Below are positions 24,587 to 26,521 of a DNA stretch of 26,521 bases, piece by piece (the first letter of the stretch is position 1; each line of letters opens with the position of its first letter). A model generated the notes under the pieces. The model was given only the letters and a program-made list of their open reading frames with translations. It was not told where the DNA came from and ran no database searches. Location: positions 1 through 26,521 of the forward strand of contig JAHIMN010000105.1 in the NCBI GenBank assembly GCA_018896395.1, in the 5' to 3' direction. Source of the stretch: Verrucomicrobiota bacterium. Lineage in GTDB: Bacteria; Verrucomicrobiota; Kiritimatiellia; JAAZAB01. The translations under genes and the position numbers were made by a program.

Positions 24587-24874
24587 ATGAACTGGATTAC
24601 AGCAACCAAAACCGGCGTGATGCTGTCCGTACACGCCTGCCCGCGCGCCGCGCAGGACCAAGTGCAGGGCTTGCACGGGGATGCCGTCAAGATCCGCTTG
24701 CGGGCGCCGCCGGCGGATGGCCGGGCCAACAATGCGTTGATCGCTTTCCTCAGTCGGATACTGGATGTGCCCGCGCGCCACTTGATCATTGTGGCCGGGC
24801 ACAGCTCGCGCCGCAAACGGGTGGCCATTGCCGGGGTAACCGAAGCGGCGGTGCGGGCCAAGCTGGGACTTTGA
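24587..24874 (+). CDS. DUF167 (YggU/UPF0235) family protein
   Basis: VHACPRA, KIRLRAPPADGRANNALIAFL, IVAGHSSRRK match the family pattern. Confidence 0.88.
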   Translation: MNWITATKTGVMLSVHACPRAAQDQVQGLHGDAVKIRLRAPPADGRANNALIAFLSRILDVPARHLIIVAGHSSRRKRVAIAGVTEAAVRAKLGL

Positions 24875-24879
24875 CCGCA

Positions 24880-25839
24880 TTAGGTCAGTTCCAGTTCGCT
24901 TTTGCAAAGCTCGTAGAAACGGCAGTGCCGGCAGATACCGAGATCGGCGGATAGTTCCCAGTCCTCCTGCGGCAGGGGCTGGTTCCTGCGGATGTCGCCC
25001 GCCACGAGGTATTCGGCCATGCCCCCGACCGATTCGCGGATTAGCCCGCGGGCGTGCTCCAGGTCGTGACCGGTCAGGGCCATGCTCTGGGTGGCGCCCT
25101 TCGAAAGGTATTCCAGGTGCACCTGGATACGCTCGGGCGGGAGGGCGTGCTTGGTGTGGGCCCAGAGACCGTAAATGGTCATCTGGTCCCGGTGCGCCGG
25201 CTTCTCGCTACCTGCCTTCCAGTCGTGGATGTGCAGGTGGTCCTCCTGGCGATAAGCATAATCCGGGATGGCATACACCTTGATGGACTCAAACAGAAAC
25301 GATTCAGGGTCGCCGCCATCCGCGTGCGCGATCTCCACCTCCTGCTCCGGGCGCACAGACCCCAAGCGCGGCATGACCTGCTCCAGAAAATTAGCCAGAC
25401 AGCGCTTGATCTGCTCGATCATGCGCGCGGTCATGTCCGCCTCGGGCGTATGATGATGCGCGGGGTAGTAATGTTCGTGCAGACAGCAGTGCTTTTTGGG
25501 ATTGGCCTGCCACAGTTTCTTTTTAGACTCGTTCCAGCATTGATTCAGGTAAGGCTTGACGACCGTTTCATAGGCTTGGGTTGCGGTAACCGGCTTGCCG
25601 GCCTGCTCCGCCTGCGTCTGCCGGAGCGCCCACATGACGGCGCGTTCCACGGCATTGCCCTGGAGCGTGAACCGGTTTTCCATTTTACCCAGCCGGTAGG
25701 CCGCGCGCGTCAGGCTGGGGGCATCCGCCTTCCATCCGCCCCACATGGCATACTTTGCCAGGAACCGGCGGCGCGGGCATTCTTCAAAGTCTGCCCGTGC
25801 GGAAATGGACCAGGAAAAGGTGTTGATCAGATCGGCCAT
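24880..25839 (-). CDS. PD-(D/E)XK nuclease of the RecB/AddB/Cas4-like type with four putative Fe-S cysteines
   Basis: N-terminal CPRR, AIPD, IHDWKAG, QMTIY (QxxxY), C-terminal CRHCRFYELC. Confidence 0.82.
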   Translation of the reverse strand: MADLINTFSWSISARADFEECPRRRFLAKYAMWGGWKADAPSLTRAAYRLGKMENRFTLQGNAVERAVMWALRQTQAEQAGKPVTATQAYETVVKPYLNQCWNESKKKLWQANPKKHCCLHEHYYPAHHHTPEADMTARMIEQIKRCLANFLEQVMPRLGSVRPEQEVEIAHADGGDPESFLFESIKVYAIPDYAYRQEDHLHIHDWKAGSEKPAHRDQMTIYGLWAHTKHALPPERIQVHLEYLSKGATQSMALTGHDLEHARGLIRESVGGMAEYLVAGDIRRNQPLPQEDWELSADLGICRHCRFYELCKSELELT

Positions 25840-25896
25840 ATTGTATATCCGGAATATCTCACAAGGTTGCTTTCCGCCTGAGGAGGATCAACCTCC

Positions 25897-25924
25897 GGCT
25901 GAAGACTGTAGGCTATAGACTATC
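25897..25924. repeat. Solo heptamer array (GRCTRWA) containing the Fic stop codon
   Basis: GGCTGAA GACTGTA GGCTATA GACTATC; the TAG stop is the complement of 25913-25915. Confidence 0.7.
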
Positions 25925-26521
25925 CCCTGTTTTTTGTCGAGATGCTTTTGGCGGCAAGAAGGCCAAAATCTGTTCGCTCCTGGCACGATATCCCTGCGGC
26001 CCTCTTTCCACAAGATTCATCCGCTCCAGTTCGTTCAAGTCCCGCATCAGGGTCTTTCGGGTCTTCCGGGCGTAGGCCTCGGCAATACGAGTGCTGATCT
26101 GCGTGATCTCCGAAACGGAAACAGGTTTTTTCACACGTGATAGATCAAGCACTAGATGCCGACGCCGCACATGGGTATGCCCCGCTCGGTCTCGAAACAT
26201 TTCATGCACATAATTCCGCCATATCACGTCCCATTGTTGCGCCCAAATGAATTCAAGCTGAGACTTCAATCCGTCAAGGAATCCCTGCACCGCATAAGTG
26301 ACAAAGGGCAGAATGTCTCCGCCCGACCGGCTCGCATGATCGAGTCTCCGGTAGTATTCCGCGCGAGTCTGATTGTAGTGATTGCTTAGCAGGTGTGCAG
26401 CAGGCGCAGGCACGCCCGAAGCGATGAGAATCTGAAATTCAACGAGGCGCGCGGTTCTGCCGTTTCCGTCACCAAACGGATGAATCCATGCCAGGTAAAG
26501 GTGCGCGACAACAGCCTTGAG
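25913..26521 (-). CDS. Fic family protein (5' part outside the window) with C-terminal winged-HTH-like region
   Basis: Extending the ORF-track frame to the window edge gives HLYLAWIHPFGDGNGRTAR (canonical Fic motif); C-terminal RKTLMRDLNELERMNLVER resembles a wHTH. Confidence 0.92.
   Translation of the reverse strand, partial: LKAVVAHLYLAWIHPFGDGNGRTARLVEFQILIASGVPAPAAHLLSNHYNQTRAEYYRRLDHASRSGGDILPFVTYAVQGFLDGLKSQLEFIWAQQWDVIWRNYVHEMFRDRAGHTHVRRRHLVLDLSRVKKPVSVSEITQISTRIAEAYARKTRKTLMRDLNELERMNLVERGPQGYRARSEQILAFLPPKASRQKTGDSL

Noticed and set aside
1-26521. rRNA, tRNA, integrase or transposase genes; taxonomic assignment
   Set aside because: None were recognised. The overall style suggests a PVC-group (Kiritimatiellota/Lentisphaerota-like) bacterium, but this cannot be supported without a search.

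Overview
GC-rich bacterial chromosomal segment, mostly housekeeping genes. Left to right: prmC (partial), prfA, rpmE; a TPR lipoprotein; a signalling cluster (degenerate NtrC-like regulator, stand-alone receiver, PAS hybrid histidine kinase); cvpA-dnaG; a degenerate YacP/NYN-like protein; rlmB; an orphan nucleotidyltransferase; a lower-GC SDR/CoA-transferase/thiolase operon; a complete trp operon (trpE-[four-helix bundle]-trpG-D-C-F-B-A, with an in-frame TAA in trpE); yggU; a Cas4/AddB-like PD-(D/E)XK nuclease; and a partial Fic gene. No rRNA, tRNA, CRISPR array or transposase was seen. The most unusual signal lies below gene scale: at least eight degenerate arrays of 7-, 8- or 9/10-nt units, each family with its own sequence. 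They occur as inverted pairs around a cargo gene (four-helix bundle in the trp operon), as empty inverted pairs between genes, as a 38-bp perfect palindrome in frame inside prmC, or as solo arrays, two of which supply the stop codons of accessory genes. This suggests a transposase-less, repeat-bounded cassette system (inference). All calls come from reading motifs by eye; no searches were run.
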